A stretch of DNA of 64,000 nt from Lytechinus pictus (GCF_037042905.1 NC_087245.1:9240001-9304000); one strand, 5' to 3'. Counted from the first letter of the stretch, positions 36,841-51,336 are shown. Numbers and translations: made by a program. Notes: generated by a model not told the origin, from the letters alone.

Positions 36841-39800
36841 TTAGAGGTGAAATCGTAGTGGAATATTATCCAACAGTACTTGATTACAATAACGTTTTAA
36901 TTCTAATCCTGATTATTTTAGATAATAATCAGATAATGATATTTTTGGCATTCGAAGGAGGATCCGTATTTTTGGCAGTGCAAGCATCTTCAAAACACTG
37001 CTGTTGGAAAGTCAGTCTGTATCATTATTGCTCCTTGCATTTCCCTTCCAAAAGGCTGCCTCGTTTTGAAAAGACATTATTTTCGCCCAAATCTACCCGA
37101 TTATTGATTGTTCGGAAAAGGTGTGACGTGGACCCTTATGATTGTAATCACGATAAAAAAAAGGAAAGCGTCTTACAATCGTATCAGTTCGACCATCTTT
37201 TCAAGGTGTGATAAAGAAACTTCCGAAACGAGCCCAAGTGTCTGATGTTCACCCCTCCTATCATTTTGAATTCAACCCATTCTCTGAAAATCCAATCTTT
37301 CATGATTGACTATCTTCACATACGTGGAGGCAAATCATTTCCTGAGTTTAACATTAAACGTTGATACTACGATCAGACGTCAGTGAAAGTAAAAGTGATT
37401 GCCTTCTGTGTTCATGGTTTCATGTCCGTCACGAGTTCCCCCTGCCCACAAGACAATAGCCCAATCCGCCACCTGCCACCAAGCTGTATTTGAAAACATT
37501 TTATGATTTTCCATTCAAAATCGGATTTTTAAACATTGTTTTCTGATAAGGCAAGTAAATGTGAGGTTACTGACACCAAAGATTTATATACATGTATCGT
37601 TTAAGATAAACTCTTTAAAATTTACATTCGATATAGCGCTTTGGTGACAGACGATTTATAGTTTACTGTTTAGTTTACCAGCTTTCCTTTTGAATGAAGA
37701 TTTATATAAATTACATTACACTGTCTTTCGAATTACAAGGGCAGGGTGGGTCGATTTATATTACATTTTTTATTATTCTAAACGGGAACAGTTCTTGTAT
37801 CGTCATTGTTCTCTTCACTAATATATTTGTAAACACTGATTCAATATAAGTAGTCTTTTACGGTGTACGTCAGTCATTAAAATCGACGCAAGTTTCTTCC
37901 AACGGGTTTTACCTGCTTTACTACGAAAAGAAAGAAATAATGAGAAACCGTAACAGAGCCGGAATCGTGGTTTCACTTGCTTTGAATATTCCACCGGTTT
38001 CTTTACAAACCATATATGTTATTAATGATTATTTCCTCGATCTTCTTCGAAGTATGGTTAAAAGTATCCACCAATCTAATAGTTTTGAGGTATGGACATA
38101 ATTAAGTATGACTATTGGAATATGGAATAATCTATCCGTTCAAATAAGAACATGTACATCGCTCACTATATTAAAACGAATCTTTTTTTTAAGACCGTCT
38201 TGAAAAAAAAAACAGTGGAAAACAAATAACAAACTTATCAGCTTTCTTTAAAATCACAAAAACCAAAATAGGCAGTTTTTAACGAAGTAGGAAAAAAAGA
38301 GAAAGTAGAAAATAAACAATAGAAATATTCATATGACGACTAAAAGATTGTGAAGGGAAATTCCAACCGAAGGATTACTGTCAATCTGGGCAGGTGACAA
38401 TCTTATGAATCCTATTCTTTTCACTACCCAACCTGCAGATCACTGAATTATCACTTAAGACCATCACCAGGTTAGCGTGATGAACAGTATGGTATCCGCA
38501 AAGATTACGTTTGAAATGACTGTCAATGTTTTGATCCCATACCATTCATCATTATATTCCATTATCATTTTCCTAGACGATTTTATAAATCTTTTATGGC
38601 TGATATTAGGAGATATTACTCGGGGCAGTTTGGGGATAAGCAAGAACATTCATATACCAAACTTTCTGATTCCTCCATTAGGATGTACGTAATTCCATCT
38701 TATCGGAAAGATGAAAGTTATTCCATCAAGAGAGGGAATCAACGCTGTGACAAAGCCATAAAATCTGCTTATTAACTGATTGAGAAAGATACTAATAACC
38801 CCCTGAAACAAGGGCCTCTTTGATTCTTCAGCACCAAACCCAAAGATACTTTACACGACTCAGATCAAGATTCAATACATGAATAAGCTTGCCTGCTTCC
38901 TAATGCTCCCAATTCCTCTTTTCTTCCCTCGCGAGCACCTCTTCAATTTTTCCCTCCAGAAAATCCCACCTCGACGGGGATTTTTGGCGCCCAATGTCGC
39001 ATCGTCTGGCAACTGTTTCCTTTCCGATTTCATTTCAAGCAAACCGAGCCTAATATCGTCGCTTTTCCCTCACTAGCTCTTTATCCGCCACTGCAATTTG
39101 CTGAAATAGTCGCTCCTACGAACTAAATAAGTTCAAATCTTGCAGTGCTGGGAGTAATTTATCACGAATATTCCTCCCCGAGATGGAAAGGATGTGCTAT
39201 CATATATATTTTTCTAGCATCTCTTGGTGAATTCTTCTCGGATTCCTCTACCACCTGCCCAGAATCCATTTAATGGTGAAACAGTAAGCTCCTCAGATAG
39301 ACGAGGGACCTCCGCGAGGATAGCTGGGGGTAATTGGACTAGTTTGCTAGTTCTTTGATTTGAAGTCCATTACCACCAAATCACCAAATTACTATGTATG
39401 ACAAAGTCATCAAGTTGGGAGCAAAAGGCACAATTAAGTGTTACATTTCTTTTGAAAAGAACAATAAACTAGAAAATATTCGAAATCCGAAATGGATTTT
39501 GATATAATCTAATCTTATTGTAAGATTTAGACGGGCAATTCAAACTTTATTTCTCTACATTTTTTTTTCAGAAGGTTCAGCGAAACACTATACAAATTAT
39601 ATTAATCAGCACAGATCAAACAAAAATAGTTAATCACAGGAGGTACTCTTGCCAGCTTTCATTGTCTTTCCAATATAACTCTTCCGATCATTAATTCGTT
39701 ATCTATAAAAAAAAAATGTCTTCTCTGTATCCAAAAAGATATTTTTATTTAAAGTCATGATAATAATGTTAATGATGAAATTAAAAGATGACAGAATTAT

Positions 39801-42234
39801 ATCTTTATTTTTTCTAAAACACACCATACTTTTTTTCTTTTTATACGTTTCAAAACAACTCGGCCGGTTTCTGATCTGAACAATTCTGTTGTTCAAAATG
39901 TGACAAAAAGCAAGGCATATTGGATGGTAATGACGTTAATTTCATTTCATCTATTGCTATTATTTCGTCCGCGCAAAGACGATGTTGTATCTCTAAAAGT
40001 TGACTGAATTTTCAACTAAGTTCTAATAAGAAAGATGGATTTCTCTTATACTGGTAAGTTGGAAAAGTAAATACATAATATAACATTTATCTTATTGTTA
40101 CTAATCATCAAAACCCTAAAGGAGAAACTTCACTTTTTTAAAATAACTTCCATTATTATTCCATTTTGATTTACACGTGACGTGGACAATTTAACACACA
40201 ATTTAGAGAAAACTACAACCTCTAATTATTCGATTACATCTATGGCCGACGAGAATTGATTAGTACATGTAATTACATCTTGCTTTGCGTGTTTCTCTGA
40301 CCCCCGGGGCCGCACCTGATTTTGGCGGGAAATCCTTGCCTTGTGTCTACGGTGTCGTTTTGCAAGAAACAGAGAAAACAAGTCGATTTTATGTCTTAAT
40401 TAGGGAGAGCAACCATTGTTTGTTATATTGTGTTTCTAAACTTGTATCGTCTTAGTTGAATTCATTTCCACTGGTATCTCATCGTCACCTATAGATTACA
40501 TAACCGTGTTGTTGAACTCCCTGTTGGAATGGTTGAATTTTTTTTCACCCTTGAAAATATAAATGTGTTTGCATATCTGGGGTATTTAATTACTGCTTTA
40601 AGATTGGTAATTGATATTGTGGTCCTCTATCACGTTTTATAGATAAATGAAGTAGTATTTCCTTAAGTCACTATTCATGTGGTAGAGGTCTCAATGACTT
40701 TCTTCAGATTGTCTTGATCAATATGCCATTGTCTTATTCATACCTGTCAGTCTTGCTGACCTCTCGATTTCTGGTACAGTAAGTTGTTTCATGCGCAGTA
40801 ACTGTTCTTTTATATGAAATCAATAATTTTTACCATGCACCCCGGAGAGTACCTTAAATTGGGATATCTTCTGGTCTATCAATAACAGGTATTAATGCCA
40901 ATATTTAGATAGAACCGTACACCGTTATAACCACTAACCATAGACCATCCCAGATAGACAGCCATCGAAAGATCCAACCCATGGTTTTAAGAGATATCTT
41001 ATTCACACGTGAAAAGGCATAAGAACTAAACCAGATCCGTGTTTTACCTTTTTTTTAATAATAAGCGACTGAACGATATCAAAGAAGACATACAACATAA
41101 AGTTGCGAATTAGCCAGGGCCTAGTGGAATAAATAAAGAAGCGTAGTTGATAAGGAAAGCTAGGCTACATCCACCTGTTTCTTCCCTCAGCCGGATGTAT
41201 GGGGATGAGGTTAAGAGACAAGACTGGACATCCCGGATGAGCCACGCCCTAATCCTTCTTTTCCGACAAGACAAATTAAAGGCCGTTTTAGAAACGGAAA
41301 GAGAGTTCAATATTCTTCTCATGTTTTTATTACTATCCTTTTTTGTCTTTTTGTATTGTTCTTAAAGGCGTTCCTTAACGAAGAGAATGGTGGTTCTATC
41401 ATTCAACTTGGTCAATAAAATATAGAAAATCTAACTTAAAAGAAGGCAGAACACTAAAAATTAAATTTACCCATTTTGTTGGACACCCTATTTTCGTTAT
41501 TGTTACCGCTGAACTTTTAAGTCATTTATTCAGTAAAGGTAGAAATACTCCGGTAAACATTGTTTTGTCTAGACTTGTTTTGTAAAAAAAGGTTTAGATA
41601 TTTGAAGAAAAAAAAGTTTACTTTTAAGTTTGATGTTTGGACACCGAGGACCATGCATTAAATTTGACCCTCCCATTTCCTCCCATTTTTACACCTCACC
41701 TCAGTCATTAACCTCAAGATATTGTTTTATTGTCAAACTATGACCCTTCAGCGCATTTTGCTCTACCCTTAATATTATGATTTTGTAAACGTAAGTGTTG
41801 AATAACTGTAATATTAGAATATAACCTTGAAATTAATGATGGTATTATATCATATTCCTTTACGAAATGAATATTGTTCTACAATACATTATTGAATGGT
41901 TCGGTATGTTTTTTTATCTATTAAGTTATGTGAACTATTATAATTAATCAGAAGTCTTTATGATTTCCATCAACAAAGATGACAAATATGCATGTAGATC
42001 TATGCAAGCTATATTATGATTTACATGATTTATATCAATATGTGTGTATGTGTGTGAGGGTATGTGTGTATATACATAATAATAAATGGTTTAGTAAATG
42101 CCGTAGAAATAAAATCGTGAAAACTCGGCACTCCAAAGTGCAATCACTATACACGTTCTATAAGAGCTAAATTAGCTCTTCGTTTTCTTTAGAGTGTACG
42201 TATATTATATATGTGTGTGTGTGTGTGTGTGTTT

Positions 42235-43470
42235 ATTCAAGAGTGCCTCATGGCTCCATTTTGGGACCCTTGATTTTTTGCATGTACATTAATGATATTA
42301 CTAGCTTACCCTTCCAACCTAAAACACACCTATCTTTATACGCAGATGACACAGCTTTGAAACTCTGTATACACAAAAACAGCTGCAAAGAAACATTAAT
42401 ATCCTTACAAAATGGTTTTGGAAGAACGGTGTGTTTGTTAACACAGATAAGACCAAGGTCATGTTGTTTTCAAGCAGAAAGAAAAAGATATCCAAATTTA
42501 GAAATAAAAATGAATGGTGAAATGCTTCAGAATGTAAATGAGGTTAAATATCTATTTGTTGTAAACCAGCAGACTGGTCTCCTCAGGTCAACGAGGTTAT
42601 TAGAAAAATATCCATTCTATTAGAAGAATTAAACAGTGCCTGAATGAAGTATCTTTAAAACAATTGTATTATACATTAATCCTTTCCCACATTGATTATT
42701 GCAGTACAGTCTGGGCGTCGTCAACTAAGAAAACCCTCTTAATATTACAAAGATGTCAAAATAACATGCCCGCCTCATATTAAACGCTGATTATCATACC
42801 CCTACTGTTCAATTACTTGATAGTTTAAAATGGCAGTCCATATACACACTAGATTTAATTATCAATATTGCGTTTTAGTTTATAAAGTATTAAATGGATT
42901 ATCCCCTCCATATCTCAGGAGACTAATTACTTACCGTCATACCATCTACCCTACTCGACATGTTCTAACCAATCAATTATACCTGCCTAAACCCAAAATG
43001 GATTTAAAAAATGTTTCTTTTCTTATATTGCAACCAAACTTTTCAACTCCCTACCACTTCATATTCAAACATCCCCTTCCCTCCAAATCTTCAAAAGACG
43101 CCTTAGGCAACACCAGATCCATTTAAAAAAAAAATCTATGTAACCATAATGACCACTGTCTTATCGTGTGTTTTTTTTCCTTATTTGAATGATTTTTGCC
43201 CACCATGCTTTGTCTTTGTGTTTATATATCATTTCCTTGTTTATACTTATTTCATTTATGATTTTCTTCTATGAAAACCGTAGTCTTTTTTCATTTTCAT
43301 TCACTGTTTTTATTTCTATATATGTCTATATGACATGTTTATTATGTATGTACATTTTGACAGGGCTCTCTTGTAAAGCAGGCCATGTGGCTTGAATGGG
43401 ACAACCCTGTCTTTTAAAGAAAACGTGAATAAAAAAAATGAAAAAAAAAATATTAAAAAAAAAAAAAATA
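42235..43470 (+). mobile_element. 5'-truncated, frameshifted non-LTR retrotransposon (CR1/L2/Crack group)
   Basis: RT motifs VPHGSILGPLIFCMYINDI and LYADDT; C-terminal VYKVLNGLSPPYL; 3' stem-loop ACAGGG...CCCTGT; AATAAA and poly-A. Confidence 0.9.
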
Positions 43471-43487
43471 TATATATATATATATAA

Positions 43488-43718
43488 GAATCCCAGACTT
43501 TCTATGTGTATTCAGGTGCCTTAGACCACTCGGCAACGGCACCTCCATACACCCACCCACACACACCCACAGAGTAAAATCGGGGGCTCACTTATGATTA
43601 ATCGTCAAAGTAGGGACATATGTATATATATATATATGTGGATGTATATGGATATACATATCTATACACGCACACACACACACACACACGCATATATATA
43701 TATATATATATATATATA
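43488..43718. repeat. Dispersed duplicate of 51046-51258 (partial SINE head, unique flank and microsatellite)
   Basis: Shared gactttctatgtgta...agagtaaaatcgggg...agtagggacatatgtatata, then (TA)/(CA) runs. Confidence 0.9.
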
Positions 43719-43892
43719 AGAATGTTGATGATTTGTGTTAATCGCCATGTTTTAAGAATTATTTTTTCATCGATCAATCAATACATTACTTGAAATATGA
43801 GATTTCATTCATTGTAATTCCGATTGTTGTATCAACTTTCTGTCCTTTCCACCTACATGCTCGCGTATGAGGACGGGGGAATGTGTGAGAAG

Positions 43893-43943
43893 CAGTGGCG
43901 TAACTACGGGTGGGCCATGGGGGCACGTGCCCCCCCCCCCCCC

Positions 43944-43976
<33 letters not shown>

Positions 43977-45418
43977 GAGGGAGAAAGGAAGAGAAACGTA
44001 GTGGGAAAGAAGAAATTATTATTCATAATAATGTTATATTATATCATAATAATGTTAGTTATATTACATAAGAAGCATTTCATCATAACTTTATGAAACA
44101 TAATTTGCTCAGGGCCTATGTCTTCATTGTTCCTGGCGCTCGTATTGTCTGTTTAATGAGATTTATTATCTTGTTGTACTAAAACCTCCCGTTTTCAAGT
44201 CTATATACACCAAATATATTTCCTCGCACTTCGAGTTATTGTTTTATGTAGTGACATATGCTTCTATTTCATGACTACTTAAAGTGATTGCCCCATGTTA
44301 AGGTCTGAATATGAAACATTTCCTGTCCGTGATTAAGTTCGCATTAGTGGATTAATGAGATATGTCTGCTCTCCATGAATTCCTAAAATCAGTCCTTAAA
44401 ATGTCCCTTTTTCTGATCCGAATATCAAAAATTTTCAGCTCGCGATTCGCGCTCGCATCATTTGGTTAGTGAAATACGTATGGTCTTAGTGAATCCCTAG
44501 AAACAAGCCTAGAATGCCCCACTTCAGGTCTGAATTATCAAAATTTTCAGCTCGCGCTTCGCGCTCGCAATATTTAAATAGTGACATACGTATGATAATC
44601 ATGCAATGATTAGAATGACTACAAAAAGTGCTTCATGTGTTCAGATGTAATTCTAACAAAATCAGCAAGCGCTTGGCACTCGCACTTCATGAATATGGGT
44701 GAGATATATATATACTATTAATTAGTTCCTTTAAAAATAGTCCTTAAAATATTCCTGTTTGGGGTCAATACAAAAACTTAAGCTCGCGTTTCGCGCTCGC
44801 ATCATTTAATTAGTGAAATAATTAGGGTTTCGTGAATTCCTACAAACAAGCCTTAAAATGCCCCTCTTCAGATCTGAATTTCCTAAATTTTCGCGCTCAC
44901 AATATTTGATTAGTGAGATCATTGAGATGCGTATGTTATTCATGATTACAATGACTACAAGTGCTTCATGTGTTTAGATGTAATTCTAACAAAATTAGCA
45001 AGCGCTTGGCTCTCGCATTAGATGACTATGGTGAGGTATGTATACTCTTAATAGATTCCTAAAATATAGTCCTTAAAATCTCCCTGTTTGGGGTCAATAT
45101 ATCAAAAAAAATTTGCTTCGCGCTCGCATTGTTTAGCGAGACAAGTACGTATCATGATTACAAAAATTTGATTATAATCTCCCTTTTTAGGTCTGAATAT
45201 CAAAAAATTTCAGCTAGCGCTTCGCGATCGCATTATTTGATCAGTGAGATACATATCCGTTTAATGGCATTGTCCTTAAACAGTTAAAATGTATCTTTTA
45301 GGTCAGTATACCTGCAACTGAGCTCGCTTCGCGCGCTCACTAAAGTGACTAAAATATTTTGCTGGTGCCCCCTCCCCCTCCCCCCCCCCCCAATGCCGTG
45401 ACCCACGGTACGCCACTG
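43893..45418. mobile_element. hAT-like non-autonomous DNA transposon with an internal ~110-bp degenerate repeat array
   Basis: TIR CAGTGGCGTA / TACGCCACTG; perfect 8-bp TSD GTGAGAAG (43885-43892 and 45419-45426); repeated GCTCGCGCTTCGCGCTCGC motifs. Confidence 0.9.
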
Positions 45419-45659
45419 GTGAGAAGGGTTCTGATGACATCACGGGGTACATCGAGGGAGATAGTGAGCTGTCCGCCAACACATCTCAAGATGTAACAGA
45501 GCCAATAGGAAAGGATTAGCGGGGTAACTCCCTGTGGTGTCACCATCAACTTCTGGTGCCAAATTGACGAGAAAAGAGCAGTCGTTTCAAAAAAATTTAA
45601 CCCAAAAGTGAACCGTTTTCTTGATTTGTGTAAATCCTAAATGTACATTTCTCTCTGTA

Positions 45660-46170
45660 TCATACCAAATAGTTCTACTCCTTTCCTATTATTCTACTTC
45701 GTATTTTAATGACGCTTATTTGTCTTATTCTTTCTTCTTCTTCTTCTTTTATACTTCTACTCCTAGTTCAAATTCTACTCTTACATGTCTTCAACTTCCA
45801 GTTTTTCTCATTCCCACTTCTATTTATTTTACTTCTTCTCCTTAACTTCTATTACAACTTTTTAATTTATTTTCTTCTCCTACTCCTACTTCTACTTTAA
45901 CTTCGTCTTCTTCTATATTTTGTTGTTTGTGCTTTTATTTTTATTTTTATACTTCTTCTCTCCTACTTTTACTCCTTTCTACTTCTACTACTACTTGTAC
46001 TCTGTGATACTTATATACTTATACTTACAATTTTACTTATAACTTCGTTATACTAATTCCTATATCTATATTTGTATTTATACTTGTATCTTAACTTCTA
46101 CTACTAGCTTCTTTTTTATTCTAATTTGATTCTACTTCTTTACTTCTACTATTACTATTTTTACGATTAC
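45660..46170. repeat. Degenerate (CTT/CTA)n low-complexity tract
   Basis: Runs such as tacttctactcctacttc. Confidence 0.8.
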
Positions 46171-48053
46171 ATTAAGCAACATCTATAAAATAAGCAATCA
46201 ACTTAAGTACTTATATGCACTACATGTCATTATATGCAAGTCGAATTCATTTATCTTGTTTATTGCCTCTCGACTTGGTCCTTCTCTCATATCTTGACTT
46301 TGACTGCAGCTGTTCTCTTGGTTCCTAAGAAATAAGAAAATCAAGAAGGACGACTGGGAGAGAGTCTAGTCCACGCCCTATCACCGTGTACTTCCGTCTC
46401 TCATGTCGCCAATTTCCTCCAATTCAAACACGTCTTATAAACGCGTAAGATATAAGGAGAAAGAAAATAGAACGAAGGGGAACCTAAGCTAAAGAATATA
46501 AAAATACAACTATAGAGAATTTCATACTGTAATTATTTTACAAAATTCAATAAATCATCAATAAAATGTGGGTACCTATTATATTTACGCTAAATCTGCA
46601 GTTGTATTCATACAAAATGGAAAAGGTAGGGAATGCGTGGGAGTAAAATAATTGCATAACAAAGGACTAATACCCTTCTATCAAGACGTTATCAATCTGT
46701 GCCAATAGTTTTTTTTTTCTATGTTTCTATTCAATAATGCAAATTAAACCAGAATTATATTTTCGACCCTTTTGGAAAGTTCAGGACAGAATTTATCTTT
46801 GTATTTCAGAAGCTTATAACTCCAATCTCAGGCTGATTCTATTACATAAAATCTTACATATGTATGTGTTAATGTATCAACCAATCAGCTGTTTTACTTT
46901 CAAAATGGAGATAACTTTGATATACAATCTTTGAATGTAAATCATATTCTTATGTAAGCATTGCACAATTACTCCTCGGAATACTGCGTTGTATTATTTT
47001 CACATTTCTATATGACTGAACCGAAATTGAATTGAAGTGATTTAAAATGCCTTTTTAAACAAATAGATAAACATAAAATTTTACTGAAAAGCTATGAACG
47101 GAAAGAAGAGCATAAAGTAGAGTAAGGTGTGGGAAACGTCTAAACGAAATGCCAAATGTTATATCGGATGAGATAATCAGAGCCAATCTTCCCTTAATCC
47201 CTTGTAGTCACTCGAGAATATGATAGAGAGGAAGAATTAAAAAACAAATTTGTCAAAAGAAGTGAAGATGACAAGAACGAGGGGAGGGTAGGATTAGATG
47301 GTGAACCCTCTCTCACCCATCCCTGTCCCTCTGCATGAATAATGGCGTATCAAGTAAGGGGTACTTTTACAATTGGAGGGGGGTGTTTTATGAGAGCTAT
47401 GTAAATGGGAATTTCAAGAAAATACTGAGCTATATGATGACGGAGTGGGAGGTGGGTCCTGATTTCTTTTCCGGGAAGGTTGTTCTTTATTTGACATGTG
47501 AAATTAAAAAATAAATAAAATCACCATTCAATCACAGGAGCATGCTTCCCAACTCCCCCATCTTAACCAAGAGCACTCAGCTATCGTATTACTTAACGAT
47601 TCGATGTGGGTTTAAAACTCAACTTCCGACTGAATCTCCCTGCTCCTGTCTGCCAGTCGAGCTCAATCAAACCTGAGTAATTTGAAGTCCATAACAAACT
47701 AGCATGGGAAGACGAAAACAGGGGAAGCAACTTAGATAAAGATCCCCTTTTTAAGGAGATCGCGCGGAGATTTGCTGGCTCGTTTGGAGCTTGTAAAACT
47801 CGGATTGAAATGCAATTTGTCGAAATCATTCGGTTATTAAGGAAGTAAAGCAGCTCGACGTGTTCCACCTTTAGAGGATAAGGAGGGCTGATACGAGCAG
47901 GCATTCAGCGGAAGGTGCACGAGGGGAATTGGGCACGCCCTTACCAAAATCTTTTTCCGTCTCCTTATCCTATATGTGAAAAAAAAATTGGCACATATCT
48001 TTGATTCAACAGGTTTGTACATATCTAGTTGTGATACATGTATAGTTATGATG

Positions 48054-49766
48054 AGGGGCGGATCCAGCCTTAGTCAATGGGGGGCAGAATTATTTTCAGC
48101 AATATTTTCCCTGATCGGCCGCTCGAAGATGATTTTTGTTTGTTTCTTTGAAGGGTTATTCCTAATAGTCACTTCTTAGCTTTATTCTTATAAATCATCA
48201 TAAATCTATATCATAATCATTGTTTATATAAAGCGCGAGCTTTTTTGTTGTTGAAATTTTATGTATTTTTCCTAAAATTTGAACATTCTGGGCAATGTTT
48301 GTTATCCTGAAAAGATGTGTTTGCAACTAAATAATTACTGACTGCTTGCAGTTAGCCATGAAGAAGTTACATATTTCAACAGTGAAATAATACGAGCGCG
48401 AAGCGCGAGCTGACATTTCTATATAATCACTTTTTGTAACGTAAACAGAATAGGTATATAAATAAATGATGCGAGTGCGAGCGGAAAAAATCGAGATTTA
48501 GACCTAAAAACGGGACACTTTATTCATGTTTTGCAAATCATGAAAAGGATGAATAACATGGGAATTTCCTACATTAATAATGCGAGCACACAGCGCGAGC
48601 AGAACATTTTTGATAAATTGATCTGAAACTGGATAATAATTTAAATAGAGAACAAGTTGAGTTTCTGCACATGCGCGCGCGTGCTTCATATTTAGACCAA
48701 GAATCTAGCTATGCATTCTAAATACATCTTTTATCATAAAAATCTAAGCGAGTGCGAAGCGCGATCTTAAACTATTTGATATTTCGAGCTGAAAAAAAGA
48801 GTCAATTTCAGCTCTATTTTCAAGCACTTTGTAGGAAAATTGTGAGGTGGATTTGGATCGCACTTAATAAAGAGCTGATAATTTTCATTATTATTACTTT
48901 GAGTTTTGACGTAGGACCGGTACACCCTTACGACATGTCATCATACGAAAATGATGACTATCTTCCTATTCCTCTTGCTAAGCGTGAGATGAAACAAAAG
49001 GGACAATTTAATGATTAAATTAATATCTTATTTATTAATGCCTAATAAGGGCGCGAAATCTGATGATATTATGGCCTGAAAACCGGACATTTTAAGCACT
49101 TTTGAAATGAATAGGATGCATCAGTTAATACATCTTTAACCATTAATGCGAGCGCTAATCGCGAGCCAAAATTTTTGATAAACTGTCATGAAAAGGGTAT
49201 TTTAAGTAGTTTGTTGTATATAATCAATATTGAGACATACATAACTCGCCAAAATGTCAGCGTACAGCGCTAGCTGATCCATTTTGACAATCAGACCTGA
49301 AAAGGGATATTTTAAAAGCTTTATGGAATACACGAAATAAATAGGTACCTGATAAATCAAAATTTGCGAGCGCGCAGCGCGAGCAGAAAATTTTAATATT
49401 CAGGCCATTTAACTGACATTTTTACCGAGCAGTTTTTAAAAATCAATTTGGAAACCACACAAAATAATGAAAGTTCAACTTCCGAGGTGAAATATGTTTT
49501 GAATATTGAATCCAACTTGATATTTAAGCTCCATATTGAACAAGATATGTAAATCACCTAACAGGCAATGCGAGCGAAAATTTTATATAGTGACATGAAA
49601 GATTATTTTTATTTTCCAAGTCTCCCCTCAACTTATTTTATTCACTCGTCTTCCTCCTCTTCTTTTTTCTCCTCTCTTTTCACTCCCTTTTTTCTTTCTC
49701 GTCTTTTTTTTTTGCTCCGCCAATGGGGGGGGGGGCGGGCCCAGGGACCAAGCCCCACCCCGGATT
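48054..49766. mobile_element. Non-autonomous DNA element (hAT-like), right TIR eroded
   Basis: Left end AGGGGCGGATCCAG followed by a G-run; right G/C-run ending CCCCGGAT; periodic GCGAGCGCGAAGCGCGAGC motifs; TTATGAT on both flanks. Confidence 0.65.
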
Positions 49767-50929
49767 GATTATGATTCTTGACAAGATCTTGAAAACTTGT
49801 AATTTAGACCATTAAATATTAAAATGCTATCTCAGCATTGATAAAACAGAATAGATATACATAAAACCAGCTGCAAATTTCGAATTAACCGGATATTGCG
49901 CCCATACTTTTTAATGGCTAGAATACCCTTTGTTTTCCATGGTTTCAATCATTTCAAAAGATAATATTACCAAATTTATTTATGATATTTATGACACAAT
50001 CAATCATTTCTGTTGACAGTTTATTTCACATATCAATCATGGCCGGTACTAACTTCAAATTTTAGAGTATATAAATGTCAGGTTAACAAGTAAAAGGGCG
50101 AATGAGCTTGGAAAGGTGAACATGAAACTAGTTTTACGAGTTTAACTGCTTTTATCACTCTTTGTCGTAGATGTAAAGAGAGGGGCGTTTGGATAGTGTT
50201 GTTGACGAGACATAGAGGCGGGCTAATGGACTAGGAACAATGGGTTTACCCTCCATTAACATATCTCTAGCCTAAGTAATAAAAAATAGTGGACTGTAGA
50301 TCATTCACCCACACATCACAATAGGCATAAATTCAAAGTCACTGCACATGTATACAGTATTTAATTACAGTATAGCTGAATGAAATCGAATACCTTATTT
50401 ATTTTCATATCATAAATGATACGATTCACAATGTAACAAAGAGAAAGGTAAAACAAAATTCATGAAGAGTAATAATCTTTGTATACACATTTTTCATCTG
50501 TAGGTGTCGCCCGTCACCCCTTCTACCACTCACTACTCAACCCCCCCCCCCCCCACCCCCTCCTCTATCCTCTTACTGACTCGCATACACTGATATTTAC
50601 ACACAGCACTAAACACATCACACATTTTCACATTCAGATCCTTCTTTACATTAAAAAAGTCTCCTATCTCATTCTATATAATGTTTATATTGTATTCACA
50701 TCCATGAATAAAACGTGGCATTGAGCCCTAGAATAAAAAAATAAAGTTAACATAATCAGAGATTATACACATGTATTTTTATTCAAGCAAATCTGTGAAT
50801 GCTATCCCCCGTTTCATAATTTTTTTTTTATTCAACCAAACGTTCATCCATTTCAGAAGTAAATGAAGGTAAGACTTGGTCTCTCTCTTTCATCCCCCGC
50901 ACCACACTTTTCTGGGTTTTTTGTGTTTT

Positions 50930-51105
50930 TAACAAGTGCACACCTAGATACCAATAATAGCATTTTCATTTATTTGAATGCAGGATAAAGGAGCATTGTC
51001 AATTAACTGCCTTGCTCACGGACATAGGTGCCGCGGCCGGGGATCGAACCCCGGACTTTCTATGTGTAGTCAGGTGCCTTAGACCACTCGGCAACGGCAC
51101 CTCCA
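50930..51105 (-). mobile_element. tRNA-derived SINE
   Basis: Minus-strand A box TTGCCGAGTGG and B box GGTTCGATCCC, then GTCCGTGAGCAAGGCA. Confidence 0.75.
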
Positions 51106-51193
51106 AACACCCACCCATCACACCCACAGAGTAAAATCGGGGACTCACTTATGATTAATCGTCAAAGTAGGGACATATGTATATATCTATGTA

Positions 51194-51260
<67 letters not shown>

Positions 51261-51269
51261 GTCAGATGT

Positions 51270-51336
51270 GTCAGATAGACAGATTTTCGACACTACACCA
51301 ATAATTGGTATAGTGTCGAAAATCTGTCTATCTGAC
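51270..51336. repeat. 67-bp near-perfect palindrome
   Basis: 33-bp arms around a single central A (51303); one mismatch (51296/51310). Confidence 0.97.

Noticed and set aside
44400..45345. CRISPR-like repeat/spacer array
   Set aside because: The spacers are homologous to each other (a degenerate tandem repeat), the array lies within a TIR/TSD-bounded eukaryotic transposon, and no cas-like ORF is present.
51270..51336. Pre-miRNA
   Set aside because: A near-perfect palindrome with essentially no loop is more typical of a DNA inversion, and I recognise no conserved miRNA in either arm.
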